Source: Setoptus koraiensis (lineage: Eukaryota > Animalia > Arthropoda). Taken from it: a stretch of 64,000 nt of DNA. This document shows positions 49,976-61,640 of this stretch, piece after piece (the first letter of the stretch is position 1; each line of letters opens with the position of its first letter). Under the pieces are notes generated by a model. It did not search any database, was not told where the DNA came from, and was given only the letters and a program-made list of their open reading frames with translations. The position numbers and the translations under genes are program-made. The stretch is from positions 7,254,001 to 7,318,000 of the forward strand of contig CM106585.1 in NCBI GenBank assembly GCA_048013815.1, written 5' to 3'.

Positions 49976-52475
49976 TTAACTTTCTCCATCTGCTGGTGAT
50001 GCTTCTTCACAGTCGACTGGAGTTTCTCCCGAAATAAAATCTTGTATTTCTGGAGACTGAGACCTAGAGTTCTTTCGCTGTTGCTTGGCAGCTTCTTGTT
50101 GTTTTTTAAGATTGTCTATATGCTCTTGTAACCGATCCCTTCTTTCCTGATCCTTTTGAGCGTTCAATTTCGGTTTAGGAAGCTTCGATTGAGTCGATCG
50201 AGTAGAGGGACCAGACTAGAGTGTATATTTGTTTAACAAACATTTGTATGATTAGTTTGAGTTATAGATAATGAGTCAATCTTTAAAAAATATCGACCAG
50301 TACAGAAGGTCTTATATGTTGATAATTCCTCACCTCTATGAGCTGATCTTGGTCGCATTTCCAACCATTACTTTGTGCCACCCATAATTGATTGAACGCC
50401 TCTTCACATTCATTAAGCTGAATGACTATCATATCCCAAAAACCTTCCAAGTCGTCATTCAAGGTAGCAGGTTCATCTTTGCTCTCAATTGCCTGTGATG
50501 TGAATAGTTTAGATAAAATTAACAATGTTAATATAGGTAGAATGTAACATTCTATGCAGTATGAAAAGCTCAAACATGGTTGTCCACTTACTAGATTCTT
50601 GGCACATAATCCCTCGAATTGTTTACACTTTTTGTTCAGCAGAAGATTCGCCTTACCAATTGCACTGTGTATCTTTCCCAAGGTCTCTTCGTCTAGAGAC
50701 TCGCTCTCATCTCTCAGAATGGTTTCTGCTCTTTCCACATTCTCTAAGATCAGATTTGATTTCAGTTCTAATTGTTTCAAAAAGTATCGCCCATCTCGAC
50801 CACTAGTTTCTGGGTGAGTCTGTTCTCCTTGGATCTCGACCAGTTCATCCTTGATATCACTTGTTTTTTCTAACTTATTCTCTTCTTCATCATGTGACTC
50901 TTGGCGATCACTCTCCAAAGAAGCGATCTGTTCGGCAATGAGTTTTTCATTATTTTCCTGTAAGGCGGCTTGAAGATCGCTCGAGGCTCCATCATTAAGT
51001 AAATCTGAATTCAGTTGAGAAGGGCCGTCATTTACTACTATAGTATCATTCTCAATCTTTGCGTGTCGAATATTATCAACTGATATATCTAAGAGATCAT
51101 TTTGATTCTGAGATGTACCTGTTTGAGTATTTTCAATTGGAGCCGATTCCTTAATTTTATCATGCTCCTCTTCACGTAAATCGAGTAAACATTGATCATC
51201 TACTGTGAAATTATTTTCCTGTTGGTGAATCTCTTGTTGCTTGGATTCTACGCTCGCTAATGTGTCTGAGATGTTCATGTCGAGTTCTTTTTTAGTATCT
51301 GTAATTAGTTTATTATCAGCGATGGGCGATACTTCAATTAAATTGGGTGGATTTCCATCTTCACGCTTTACTTCTGCTGATCCTTTAATCATCTGTTCTT
51401 GGTTAAAGCCCTGTTCTTCGGTGAATGAGTTAGTCAGCTGACCACCACTAACGCTATGAGTTGCTTTATTAGAGCTGATTACGCGCGACAGTTGACTTGT
51501 TGGCTGTATAGAGACACCATTAGAGAGCAACTGGCCTAGGAATTGTTTCTCAACACCGGCAAAGACGGGTGCTTTAGACAAGGTAGTAGTATCTGGTAAG
51601 GTAACATGGCCAAGATCATCTGATTCTACTTTAGTTTCTGTCGGTGTGGGTTTCAATTTGACGAGGTCTTTTGGATATTTAGTTGTCTCTTCTTTTACAA
51701 AAGAATCTTCCTCTTTACGAGCTTTGTGTGCATTTGACTCTTTCCAACCTTCTGCGAACTGATCACCATACAGACTGGCTATACGTTTTTGAACTGATTT
51801 AGCGGCCTCCGTTTCAGCATCGGCCTCGGCATCGCTTATTACTTTATCATCATCAATGCCTAAGAGAGGTATGTGCTTATGAAAAGATTTGTCTGGGGCG
51901 GGTAGTAAACAATATCTAGCGCCGACACATGTCCCATGATGTCTGTCATCCTCCACACGGGGAATAGATGGGGATGGGACACGTCTAGTATCAGAGCCCG
52001 TTATATTAGGTGTTGTTCTACCATTAATAGTGTCATGCTTGTTATTATTTAGTTGATTAAAGCGTAAATTATCCACTGTCTGAGTAAGGTGGTTTGATTT
52101 AGTACAAATCAATGGTGACGATGTCATTGATTGGGGATTTGTATTTGATTTAGTTGCCCCGTCGGCATTGTTTGAATTAGTATTAGAGGGACTATTATGT
52201 CCGCTCCGAGTTGACTTCAAATAGGGACTATAGCTTGTATATCCCGATATTGCACAACTAATTCCGACATAAGATGGTAAATGCTGACTGACTGCTGGAA
52301 TATCATTAAGCAGATCTTGGGAGCCTGAATCGGCGAATAGTGCCTTAAAGCCGCCTTCTTTTTGTTTCTGATTAGGCGGGGTGTGAATGGCCTTAATCAT
52401 TTCGGCACTTAATAGAGGCCTAGATATTTCAACATTATCAAATTTTCCCTTGGTTTTTCCTTGCTTCTTGCCCAT
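49976..52475 (-). CDS. GKAP/SAPAP-domain protein (DLGAP family, vulcan-like); exons 52475-50592, 50492-50334, 50215-49976 (760 aa)
   Basis: GKAP homology domain RDGRYFLK...LGKIHSAIGKANLLLNKKCKQFEGLCAKNL|...DDLEGFWDMIVIQL...F..L...SNGW. Two phase-0 GT-AG introns. Confidence 0.85.
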
Positions 52476-53670
52476 GTTTGAGTGTTATGTGAGTGTATTA
52501 GTTTAATAGTCTTATTATTCCTTTAGTAATGCTGATAATAATAAACACTATAAATTATTGAAAAGAGTTTGTATTATAGTGAATCGCACTTGATGTAAAC
52601 CTATGTAATATATTTGCATCCAGCTTAAACACAATGATAAAGATTGTTAAATGTAGAGAGATTTATGACGGCTCTGATGTTTCTTTTTGAAGAATCAAAT
52701 AAATCTTTTGTTGTAATATTGCTGGCGATGAGAGACAGGTCGATGATATTGCAAATGGTGCTATTGTGTTATTGTTTGTGTATCGTGAGAAAACTTCTAC
52801 TCAACAGCTATTATAATGTTTTGTGATGGATTCTGCATGTTTGGTTAGATGCGTAGGTGGTATGGAGATATAGTAACAACAATTATGAGTATGGTACGCT
52901 TTTCATGAATGAATGAAAGATGATGCCATAAAGCTTATTGATTATTAGTTTACATAATAATAATAATGGTAATATTAGTTGTATCTAAAGGCAGCAGCAG
53001 CAGCATCAATTGTCTGGGATGGGTCGCAGTTGTTATTGTTTGTTTGCAGCTGCAAGATTCCACTATGTGAGACTGGTACTGTTAAGCATCCTGGGGACAA
53101 AGACACATTCACACAAATAGAATTGATTGAATAAACTGCTGCTGAAGATGTCTGTTGTTGCTCGGCGAGATCCTAGTTAAAGTGTTTCCTGTTTATTTAT
53201 TATCAAGCTTGTTGGTATATACTTAATACTGATATTAATTTCAGCAAGATATAGAGCTAGCTAGCTGATGTGTTACGATGATGCCATGATAGTGTGAGAT
53301 AATGCATCTTGTCTTGTTTTGCTGTTTGTATGATTGATTAATACTAACACAAGTGCAATCGGTAGTAGGTGATTGCAAGCACAGCAATAATACTGTATTT
53401 TGTATAACTATAATATAACTAAGGAAGATGGTTATTGTCGAGCAGCAAGGAGAAATGGTTCGTCGTATTGTGTTTGTTGGTTGTTGTTGTTGCTGTTGTT
53501 GTTGTTGTGCATTCCAAGGTGATATCGTTAGTTGATTAGTAATTACAAGATGATCCTTTGCTTGTTGTTGCTTTTCAATCAATCGATCACTAGCTGATGA
53601 TAATAATTATTAATTTTCCTTGTGTGAGTGACTCAGTGCGTGTGTGTGTGTGTGTGTTTATCCGGCACCA

Positions 53671-53768
53671 AATCAATCTAATCCGATCCCGTCCAGTTTG
53701 CGATAATACGATCTAATCCAATCCAATCCAATCCAATCCAATGCAGCCCGATCCAATTCAATCCAATC
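53671..53768. repeat. (AATCC)n pentanucleotide microsatellite, degenerate
   Basis: atccaatccaatcc... It is not the TTAGG arthropod telomere repeat. Confidence 0.85.
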
Positions 53769-56304
53769 AGATAATGCAGCAGCTCATATGATTGGTACGA
53801 ATTAAACGAGAATGCGGGGTAGTAGCAGGCGATGTCGTCATACAAATTAGCACCTCTCGTCGTCTTTGTTGATTTGTTTTTTTCTTTTTGTTTTTTGCGT
53901 CTGCTTGTTAATTCGCTTGGCACGATTATAATTCGCTCGCCCGTACACTCACTGTGAACGTTGGGCTGTGTGAGTGGCGCTTCGTTGTTTATTCTGTCGC
54001 TGATTGTTATGCATGGATATGTGAGTATGCTAATGCATGAGCCAGCTTGACAACGGATAAGAGACGGTGGCCACTGGATTTGTCGCTTGCATTAAGCTTG
54101 CATTGTGTTGCCAATAATCAACGGGTTTCTTCTCACGCTGCGTTCTAATTAATAATATCATTAAGCTGACTTGTGTGTGTGTGTGTGTGTCCTCTGGCTG
54201 GCTGCTCATTCACTGGCTGGCTTGCTGCTGATTGATGCTCATTGTGGAATTGATGAAACGATTTAACCATTTATTTTTTTCTTTACGAAATGACGAAATG
54301 CTCACACAGACAAATAACAAAGCGAACGAACGAATTTTGTTTATTGCTGATGCCATCAAGTGAACATCTTATTCGCTTATCTGCTGCTGGCTGTGCTCTC
54401 GCTTTTGAACTGGCTGCGTTTCGCTGCACACATACACACACTTACTTGTGTTGCCAGCACTAACAACGCTGCGTTCGAAGCTGCAGTCTGGTCAGACTGC
54501 AGACTGCAGCCTGCACACACAAACTGCCTGCCACAAGCGAGCCACTTATGCAGTGCGCACTGTAGCACTGGATACAGTGCGATGCAAAAGTCGCTGTGCC
54601 ACCGCCAGCATCGGCGTGCAGTCACTTGGTGTGCGCCGACGGGCTGACTAATGCGCACACCGAGCACCAAAACACAACAGCCTGCGCTGTGTCTGCAGAC
54701 GAGCTCACTGCCAGCGCCCGTTGCTACGTGCCTCGGTCCTGCCGCGGCCAACTGCAGGGTCGGGCGCAGACCGCGGCCAACTGCAGTTGTGGCACAACGA
54801 GCGTGCCACTCCCGGGCCTGCTCTCACTGTCTCACTCCGCCTTGGTTGCAGCCTGCAGTCGTTGGTTGTCGCACACACACTGTCTTGAGTTTGTGCATGC
54901 GCAAACGCACTCGCCTGCACACGGTGAGACGCAACATTCGAGATTCGAAATTCGAATTTCGAACCCTGCCGCACAGTTCGACATTCGAACGAAGGGCGTG
55001 ACGCTGGTTCGCTACTCGTGAGTGCGCCGCCACTGCCACTGCCACTGCTACGGTGAGTGTTCGAAATTCGAACAAAGTGACTCAGTAGCACACACACACA
55101 CACCATTGTTGTGCCGCGGCGCGGTTACATGAGCTCGCTAGCTGTGAGCTGCCCGATTTATCCGTTCCATTTGTTCCGTGGCGGGCGCGCATTGTTGGCT
55201 GCCAGTCGGCAGTGGCAACATGCAAATGCGACACGAACAAGAAGAAGCGGCAAACAATTCGCTCTGTTGTGCAGCACACACATATCCGCCCCAGCTCGAC
55301 GGGCTCCGGCTCGACTGTCAGGATTCGGCCGGGTAAGATGCAGCTCGACGAGGGGAGAGGGCCGACGAGACGCTAGACTCAGGACTGTGGATTCTGGAGG
55401 AGGCTGCCAAGTGCTCTAGCAGCGTTATCTGAGGCGCGCATAATCTGCAGATTTACTCGACTGGCTTGGCGGGAGTGCGCCAAGCGCGATTCACGCCATT
55501 CATTCATTCGGCCTATTTATACAAGTCGCTCGTTTTTTGCTGCTGCTGCCTGAAGGAGAGTGAAACATCTCGTTGTTTTATTCTCTTCGAGCTAGCTTGC
55601 CAAGACGCCGAATTGTTTCTATTGTGAGCGCGATTATACGCATTACGCATGTGATGATCGCATAGCGATTGAGCGATAAAGTGACAGAATGGCTTGTGAA
55701 TCGCAAAATCTGTGCGGGATTTTCGAGGTATTCTCACAGAGAGATTCTTGTTTTTGCATGGCTCGTCTATGCATATAACGCATATAATGCGACGAATGGA
55801 GAGTGCCATTCTTGATTATCGGGCCGCTGTTGCTGTTGTTGTTGTTGCGTGGTTGTTGTGTTGTTGTTGTTGTGCGAGACTAGGCAAGAGTTTGCTTCTA
55901 GAACGAGCGGCAGCAACGTTTAAAAGCTGCTGCAGTTTCATGGTTTGTTAACAGCAACAAACACAACATTACAAGCCCATGGATTGTATAGCATGGAATA
56001 TCCTGTCAGTTGCGAACACACCATCAATTGGCAGCAGCGAAACGGGCGATCCGCGCTGGTTAGTTGCATTTCATTATAAAAAAAACTGTATAATGACGAT
56101 TATCATTATGATGATTATTGTGACTAGCATGCTAGCAACCACTGTTCGCTGGAGTGAGCGCTTGGCGCTGTAGTGGCTGCTAATCGAGCTTGAGAAGCTC
56201 GAGAGCTCTCTATCAGGCACTCTAGTGACTAGTGGCTGGCATGTGGCTAATAGAGAGGAACAAAAGAACTGGCAACCTGTTATGGTGCCGATGTGTTGCT
56301 AATG

Positions 56305-56410
56305 CAACGACGACAGCAACAACGACGACAACAACGACAACGACAGCAACAACAACAACAACAACGACAACGACAACGACAACAACAACAACAACGACAA
56401 CAACAACAAC
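56305..56410. repeat. (CAA/CGA)n compound microsatellite
   Basis: Direct reading; produces poly-T/V/C ORFs. Confidence 0.9.
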
Positions 56411-59393
56411 AGGTACAAACACAACTGAATTGATCATCATGATAAATCGCGTTACGTCGATTGGCGCCTGTTGGCGCTTCCATTCACTCTGTCTCATGTA
56501 TTGTTAATATTTCCATAACGCATTCTTGTATAATACGTATAAACACAATTAATGTATAAATATAAATACAGGTGCACAGGTGAGCGCAGCCAGCCGAGCG
56601 AGCACCGACAAAAGTGATCATTCAAAAGCCATTCCTCTGTTTGAGTGCCATTGCCAGCCAGCAGTTTACCTGTATCATCATGCAGCCATAATACTGCAGC
56701 CTGGCGCCATTGTTGATAGGTTGGCGAAAGTTGTGTCTTCCGTATTTGTCATCTCTCTGGATGCACATTTATTATTTCCATGTGTCGTGAATATACATGA
56801 ATGTGCTGCACATACGAATATGAATATATTGCGATATATGGCAATAGATTGTGCAGCGATATATCCTCTCATTCTAGTCGGCGACCGGCAACTCGATGGC
56901 CGAACTGCAGCCGAACTGTTTGCGCCGAACGAGCAACGAAAATCGAATGAGGCCAACAGTTGATATCAAGTCAAAAGTTGATATCGAGTGACAACATTAT
57001 GCCAATTGCTTTATTATGCAGCCTGCCCGATGGACACATACTGATGTATATATGTATTAATGTCAATACACGCAGTTATGTTTTTGGGGCACATTCCGAG
57101 CGGGCCGACTACTGCACAACTACTGCACAACTACTGCACAACTACTAGCGACTATCAACTGGCACTACGTATTATGTAATTGCCGTTTAATCTAGCGACC
57201 ATCTCACTGCACATCTAGTTCACAGACACTGGATTGACGGCCCATAAAGCGCCATATCAGCTTGTACAACAGTAGACACAATTATGTAATCGGGCGACAA
57301 GATGCCAGCAACACCTATTAGAGCTATTAGAGAGCGATGCAACTTTTTCTTCCTCATCCCTCTCTCTTTCTCTAGTAAACACATCGCCAGTAAATTTATG
57401 CATGTAAATTATGCATACGCATGCCGTGTTAGCCAAATTATGTCATCACTCCAGTCATCTCATGCTGTCATACAGTGTAAGCGTAATGTTATGTAAGCTA
57501 TGGCATACGAGCTGTTGTAGGTGCTGCATTATTATAAATTGTCTTAATTGTTCGCATGATTGATTGTCGCCGCGGCCGACATTTGTGACTAACAATAACA
57601 TAATATAATATTATATAATAACAGGACAATGAACTTGATACGCTGTTGCCGTTGCTTCGGGCTGCTTGGGTCTGTTGCTCGCAAGTTGTCAGCAGCACTG
57701 TTGCGCAACCGACCAATTTGACTCGCACCGGCACCGTCTGTCGATGCGGCCACATCATGCAACAGCTGCCTTTTTAATTATATTAATTATTAGTTTCGTT
57801 AATTAGTTTAATTGATTTTCATTGTTTCTCTATTGGCTCGGAGGGCGGTTAGTCAGCGGTTACTGCGCTGAATGCTCATTAAAACAGCAACAGCAGCAGC
57901 AGCAGCAACAACACAAATAGTTACAACAAAATTCGAGACAATCCTCGCAACAGCAAACGCACCAGCAGAGCCAAAAATAACCAAAATTATCCTGGGAGCT
58001 CAATTGAATTTTTTCTTTTTTTGCCCCTTGCCTCCTGTTGTTGGCCTTGTTAGCGAGTCGCTCACTCATTGCTTGTTGTCATCTTTTGCCTGGCTCGGCC
58101 AAAAGTAAGCCATAAAAACAGAGAAGCTTCCGATGGCTCGCTCGCTGTGTTAGTTTCGCTGTGTTAGGTGGTCGCTTGCTGATTAGAATATCCGCCCCGT
58201 CGGCTTACGGCGTGGATATTCTAACTTCTGTTGGGCTGCAAGGGTAGAAGTAAATAATAGCAATATTTCGAAGCAAACAATTAGAGATGAGCAACCATTT
58301 GTAATCAGCCGTTGAGTGTGTAATGTTTGCGTGCGCCCCGTAAGCCGGCTTGTCGTCGAGCAGACGACCGTGCCGATTAACTAAATGCATCACGCGATAT
58401 TTGTTGCTAACTATAGTTACTCGAGTAGAGTCTTTATACTTTAGTTTAGTCACTGCACTGTGCGACTGCTCACTCACCTGTCGGTGATGAAGCATCATCG
58501 CTCATTACGAGCTGGCGCTGGTCAATTCATTCGGCCTCGCAAATACTACCAATTTGCGATTTTAATATCGACTGCAACATGAATGAATGAATGAATCAAC
58601 AGGCCAAGCTAATGATGCATTACATCATAGTTCATTTGAATATGGTGAATAGTGCCATATAGTGAAGTAGCAGCCATGAAGTAGCAACCATGAAGAAGCA
58701 GCAAATAATAATAATAAGTAAGCTGACAAGAACAAGTGCTCAGCCTTGTAATACAGCCCCAAATGGGGAGTAGCTACTGCACATCCGACTAGTGAATTTA
58801 TAATTATTATTACATTCACTTAAACGAAGCTAAGCTTTTGCAGGCCCACTATTAGCCGCTATTAGTGAACAGGTAGCCATAGGTGTTGATAGTCTCGTCT
58901 GGTTCGGGTGGCTTCTTTTTTCTTTTGCTTCGTTAGTTTCGTGATGCAACAAGCAGCAACATACACAAGCAACAAGTAGCTCACTTTGTTAGGTGAGCGG
59001 CACGCAATTGAAAACTGTTGCAAAAGTTGAGTTATCTAATGCATAAGTACAAAGTAATTAACTCGCTAATCATTTGCAATTTTAGTTGGGCCAGGGAGCT
59101 GAATAAATGATAATAGCTATTTATTATTAATTGATTACGACATCGATCATCCTGTTCAGTTGTGGCGCGGCCCATCGCGGCAAATGTCATCAGCACTAGA
59201 GCCGATTTTGAGTAATTTTCATCGCTAACAATTTTCATTGATACGCTTGCAATAACTTGGCGATACTTTATTTATACAAACTCATATCTTATTTATTTGT
59301 ACAAACTGCTCCGATGAGAGGTAATAATAGTGGAGATAATTGAGCTAGCGTCGCATACATTTCACCGTCATGATGATAGTATCATCATTATTA

Positions 59394-59870
59394 TCATAGT
59401 TGTACAATGCAATTGGCTTGCTTCGGCGGCTGCGTCGCTGCTGCCGGCTTGCCTGCCTGTCTGGGGCCCTTATTCGATGATTGCCTTTTGAATGACGATT
59501 CAATTTGGCAACGCAGTCGTGAAAAGGTGCTCCTGGAACAGCCAAGCTGCAGCTTATTTATCACGTCACAATCCTTATCCATGGGATTGGCTTTTATATG
59601 GGCCGTGATTCTGTCCTTGATATCCATGTTGAACATTTTGGGTCTACCCGCCGACTTGAGATGAGCGATTCTGTTCTCTTCCTCGAACGCCTTCAATATG
59701 GCGTATATAGATGAGCGAGATCGCTGAACCATGCTGGATATAGTCTTAATTGGTGTATTGTTTTTCCAAAGTTTTATTATCTTTATTCGCTCGGCCTCGG
59801 TGGTGCGATACGTTCGCGGCACCGCGTAACAATGGTCCATTGTTATCACATCCAGCATCTCGCACACCAT
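59394..59870 (-). CDS. Tc1/mariner-type paired-like bipartite HTH DNA-binding domain without catalytic DDE domain (transposase relic or domesticated gene; possibly the last exon of a spliced gene)
   Basis: RTTEAERIKIIKLWKNNTPIKTISSMVQRSRSSIYAILK...KSAGRPKMF...RITAHIKANP...CSRSTFSRL follows the Tc1 PAI-GRPR-RED pattern. The ORF stops ~35 aa later, and no terminal inverted repeats were seen. Confidence 0.72.
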   Translation of the reverse strand: MVCEMLDVITMDHCYAVPRTYRTTEAERIKIIKLWKNNTPIKTISSMVQRSRSSIYAILKAFEEENRIAHLKSAGRPKMFNMDIKDRITAHIKANPMDKDCDVINKLQLGCSRSTFSRLRCQIESSFKRQSSNKGPRQAGKPAAATQPPKQANCIVQL

Positions 59871-59912
59871 CGCTAATAATGGATAATGTTGCTCGGTCCT
59901 CTAATAATATAC

Positions 59913-60020
59913 AATCGTACAGTCTAATAATCGCGCAGTCTGGTGATCGTATAGTCTAATGATCGTATAGTCTAGTGATTGTGTAGTCTAATAATCGTAC
60001 AGTCTGATGATCGTGTAGTG
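59913..60020. repeat. 16-bp degenerate minisatellite (RATCGTRYAGTCTRRT) x~6.7
   Basis: Direct reading; immediately upstream of the HTH ORF. Confidence 0.85.
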
Positions 60021-60216
60021 TCGTTGTCGTGTGTATGCGTAGTTGGGACATTCAAGGATATTTTGAGGGATAATCGAAAGTTTTTACAAGGCTACACCAA
60101 CAAACTGCTGCTTGTTCACAACAATTCACTTGACAGGAGTACGTATAATTGCAACCAACATTGGGCACCGGCCACCAGTATTGGCCCATCAATCACGGCG
60201 CGCGTCACTGGCACTC

Positions 60217-60276
60217 GGATATTTGTTGGAATATTTGTTGGGATATTCGTTGGGATATTCGTTGGGATATTTGTTT
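60217..60276. repeat. 12-bp tandem repeat (GRATATTYGTTG) x5
   Basis: Direct reading; gives the IFVG repeat in an artefactual ORF. Confidence 0.9.
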
Positions 60277-61160
60277 ACACAGGTCGTGACAATGATGACG
60301 ATTGCAATTTTAAAAATGGCAGTGATTTATCTAACAGAATGTTATTTTTGCGGCTTGTTGATGCAGCTTGCGCAACGATTGTATGTTTGTCCGGCCGTGT
60401 CGACTCGCAAACTGTTGTTTTGTCAAACTGTCCCGATCACCAACCGATCAAATGGCTTCAAGTGGCTGCGTTTCCGGCCTGCGAGCAGCAGTTGTTTATA
60501 CAGCGATGCATTGCATGCTCCGGATAAACAAAATGCCGGATAATACTGGCCGTACGCTACTACAGTTACTACGAGCACTACATTTATCAGAGTTTATCAG
60601 TGCTACATGAGGTAGCACTGACAGTTGTGAGTAGGCAGTATTTGTAGCAGATAAAGTTGCCAAGTTGCAACGTTGCAAGCACGTTGCATCGCGTTGTGCG
60701 ATCTCCATCTTATGTAACGCGCGTCAAACACGCCTCACAAGAGACAGTCAGAGTGAAATATCCGGGAAATTCAAACGCGCTGGACAGTTGTTACTGGCGG
60801 CGTGATCTGACCACGGAAACTCACAGCGACAATTGCACAACTGTCCATTTTGGGGTCCATTGCGTTGATATTTTCGTTGAACATTTGTTGCAAATGGGTG
60901 ATCGTGGCAGCACACATCGTGCAAGCCAGCAAACGATTCGCCAGCAGCTGACAACTTCATCGCATTTTCTCAACATGTGAGGCCATCTGTATACTGGACG
61001 CTCAAAAGTGAGATCCAAAACATCACTATATAAGCGTAAAAATAACAATAATAAATTTTTAGATGGTGATTTAATTTCATGATTTAATTTCTTGTGTCGT
61101 AATCGACATTGGCACAAGATAGTAAAGTTTAATGTTTAACTCTACAAGTCGGGGGCATAG

Positions 61161-61343
61161 TTCTAGACTCATTAATTGATCAAATCGAAAAGGTTTACAG
61201 AATGAACTACAGACATGAATGGGATAAACCCGAATGGAAACGCAAAATTAAATTAAATTGGCGTTTCCATCCGGGTTTATCCCATTCGTGTTTGTAGTTT
61301 ATCTTATAAACCTTTTCGATTTGATCAATTAATGAATCTAGAA
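61161..61343. other. Long inverted repeat: 83-bp arms (61161-61243, 61261-61343), 17-nt AT loop; candidate hairpin RNA
   Basis: Arms align without gaps at 75/83 identity; all 8 differences are transitions. Confidence 0.9.
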
Positions 61344-61449
61344 ATATGCTCCTGACGTGTAGAGTGTGAAGAATGTTCTTTGATTGACTTCCTTCATTCG
61401 TCGGAGAGGGTTTGGGAGTTCTTTTTCCTTCCTGTTTCTTCTTTTCCAT
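61207..61449 (-). CDS. Hypothetical 80-aa ORF (or first exon) running through the hairpin
   Basis: ATG in strong context (caaccATGG) with a CRE ~160 bp upstream; no recognisable homology. Confidence 0.3.
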   Translation of the reverse strand: MEKKKQEGKRTPKPSPTNEGSQSKNILHTLHVRSIFLDSLIDQIEKVYKINYKHEWDKPGWKRQFNLILRFHSGLSHSCL

Positions 61450-61608
61450 GGTTGCAAATGGTCCTAGGCAAACCGATTATCTGTATCAAAAGAGTGCATA
61501 TCATCTTCTAATTGAATAATGCTAATTAACATCAACGCGCGCGCGCGCGCACGGTTTACTTCTGCTTACAAATCAGGTGGAATGCGATGCGATTGATTAA
61601 GTTATTGA

Positions 61609-61640
61609 TGACGTCACAGTTTAAATATTTCGTGACGTGA
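61609..61640. promoter_or_regulatory. CRE/ATF sites (TGACGTCA at 61609-61616; TGACGTGA at 61633-61640)
   Basis: Perfect CRE palindrome plus a variant site, next to a (GC)n run, upstream of the 61449 ATG. Function is inferred. Confidence 0.4.

Noticed and set aside
52620-53582. Short minus-strand open frames upstream of the GKAP gene
   Set aside because: Low-complexity and without homology; may be UTR or intergenic sequence.
59032-59238. ORF with IVSDEN and EQDD resembling Tc1 DDE motifs, downstream of the HTH
   Set aside because: The two motifs are ~20 aa apart rather than ~90, and the surrounding residues do not fit; probably coincidence, though worth including in a TBLASTN check.
60821-61117. 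CxxC-containing ORF resembling a Merlin/ISXO2 zinc ribbon
   Set aside because: Only one CxxC pair and no downstream catalytic region.
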